A stretch of 63,925 nucleotides of DNA, filler included, from Octopus bimaculoides (taxonomy: Eukaryota): NCBI RefSeq assembly GCF_001194135.2. It is 5 parts of 5 records of this genome, joined end to end, with 100 filler letters (N's around TTAATTAATTAA, not from the genome) between each part and the next. Parts side by side here need not be neighbours in the genome. Positions count along the whole stretch, not along the records: positions 60,604 to 62,521 come from NC_068990.1; positions 62,622 to 63,925 come from NC_068988.1; 3 more parts are not named here. One strand, given 5' to 3'. Under the pieces are notes generated by a model. It searched no databases, was not told where the DNA came from, and saw nothing but the letters and a program-made list of their open reading frames with translations. Below are positions 62,290 to 63,925 of the stretch, in pieces. How positions within the stretch are numbered: the stretch's first letter is position 1; every line of letters begins with the position of its first letter. A program made the position numbers and the translations under genes.

Positions 62290-62521
62290 CTGATAAGATG
62301 AAACCAAAAAACAAATAAAATCAGTGACAGTTAAAATCTGTTTGGAATTAATTACTAGCCTGTATGGTCTGGCTAAGTCAAAATGGTTTTTTGTGTTCTT
62401 CCTTTCCACTTGGAAAGTTTAAATGTAGTTACAACAATATGTCCTTCTGTTGAAATGAAATTTCAGTAAATTTCTATATCTTTGTGCAGCTGAGGATTGC
62501 TCTGCATTTTACATTTAATGT

Positions 62522-62621
62522 NNNNNNNNNNNNNNNNNNNNNNNNNNNNNNNNNNNNNNNNNNNNTTAATTAATTAANNNNNNNNNNNNNNNNNNNNNNN
62601 NNNNNNNNNNNNNNNNNNNNN
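62522..62621. other. Artificial 100-bp scaffold spacer
   Basis: 44N-TTAATTAATTAA-44N. Confidence 0.95.
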
Positions 62622-62675
62622 TGTTTTGGGGGTTTGGCGTGTAAACGCGACTAACAATTCTTTTTTTAAAAAGGC

Positions 62676-62737
<62 letters not shown>

Positions 62738-62795
62738 TAATAATAATAATAATAAAAATAATGATAATAATAATAATGATAATGGTGATGATGGA
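62676..62795. repeat. (AAT)n/(GAT)n microsatellite
   Basis: Direct reading. Confidence 0.97.
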
Positions 62796-63149
62796 TTATG
62801 ATTTTTTTGAATAATATTGTTAGTAATCATGTGAAATACACAAACGGTAAGCCAATCGGTACAACATTAATATTTAAACAATTTTCAGTTACTATTACAG
62901 ACACGTAACAAAAAAAAGTCTGAATGAATCCAGTGTGAAATATGTGTGGTACATGTGTAATAAATAAGAGTGTAAAAACAAAATGTATATTGTAAGTTTG
63001 ATGTTACCTGATTCAAGAGCAGCTAAGAAGAAAGATAATAAGGTAGCAGCTATAGAGAGAAGTTGGAACATCCTTACAGCACCGAGCACAACTTAACAAA
63101 AGGAGCGAGAAAATAAAACTTCACTGGCAACTCGATCTGTGTGGCTGTT

Positions 63150-63858
63150 TGCGTGTGCTTGTGTTTTACTATATAATATAGTAGCGGTGTGTGGCTAATT
63201 GGTTGTGTACGAGTGGTTGACTCTGTGTGTGTGTGTGTCAGCTTATGTGTGTGTCAGCTTATGTGTGTGTCAGCTTATGTTTGTGTGTCCGCGCGCGTGT
63301 ATGTGTATCCTTCTCTGACTGACTAAGCTGCCCAGTTTGCTTTGTGTGCTTGTGTATCTCAATATCTGTGTGTGTTTGCTGTTGACTATGTTACAGTGTA
63401 TAATGTATGTAGTTAACTGTTTCTGTGGCTATTGTTGTAACTATGTGTATGGTTTTTTTGTGTGTAAGAGAAGTGGGGAGCTAACTCTATCTGCTTAATA
63501 TATATATGTGTGTACGAGCGGCACGAACGTGTGCGTGTATAACTGGTGTATGATACAGTGAGTAACTGTGCATGTAGTTTAAGAGATTGTAAGTGTATAA
63601 GTGTGTGTGTGTGTGTATTTGTGTGTCTGTGTGTATGTTGTGACGTTCTGTCTATGTGGTACGTAAAGCTGTGGGATGTGTGTGTCTGTGTGTATGTGTG
63701 TGTGTGTGTGTATGTGCGAGTTTATAAGTGTGTGGTTGTATATGAACGTGTGTTTGTATGTGTGTGTGTGTGTGCGCGTGTCAGACTATCTTCGTTGCTG
63801 CTCTGTGTGTATGTATGTAGGTGGCTGTTTCTGTGTGGAAGACCTATAAAGTGTGTGC

Positions 63859-63925
<67 letters not shown>
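63150..63925. repeat. Degenerate (GT)n-rich satellite ending in pure (GT)n
   Basis: Direct reading. Confidence 0.9.

Noticed and set aside
1-63925. CRISPR arrays, rRNA, intact tRNA genes, intact autonomous transposases or RTs
   Set aside because: None seen: tandem arrays lack unique spacers, tRNA-like sequences are SINE heads or relics, and all TE ORFs carry stops or frameshifts.

Overview
Repeat-dense eukaryotic draft-assembly DNA with many N gaps and four artificial 44N-TTAATTAATTAA-44N spacers. The SINE families and microsatellite load look like an octopus (coleoid cephalopod) genome; this is inferred from repeat content only. No long intact gene is present, and nearly all ORF-track entries are microsatellite or gap read-throughs. 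Supportable content: (i) three phase-compatible plus-strand exons (1918-2103, 6255-6284, 14729-14813) encoding a furin-site stalk and a possible start of a TNF-homology domain; (ii) one or two candidate minus-strand exons (41561-41952, 62230-62289); (iii) decayed mobile elements: mariner/Tc1 (including a DD36E copy and a palindromic two-left-end derivative), Helitron, Penelope-like GIY-YIG, RTE, CR1/L2, Tx1/L1-like and R4/Dong-like LINEs, plus several tRNA-derived SINE families. The most notable signal is a set of hammerhead ribozyme (HHR) motifs: a complete type I HHR behind the Penelope-like endonuclease (39933-39993), a minimal Penelope-type HHR inside a tRNA-Arg-like SINE with a head-to-head inverted 5' end (52046-52091), and a ~180-bp mobile unit with an HHR-like fold but a pyrimidine at core position 6 (three copies, one inserted into an RTE ORF with a target-site duplication). 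Together these suggest short non-autonomous, ribozyme-bearing retroelements that may depend on Penelope-like machinery. All calls were made by eye, without database searches or folding software.
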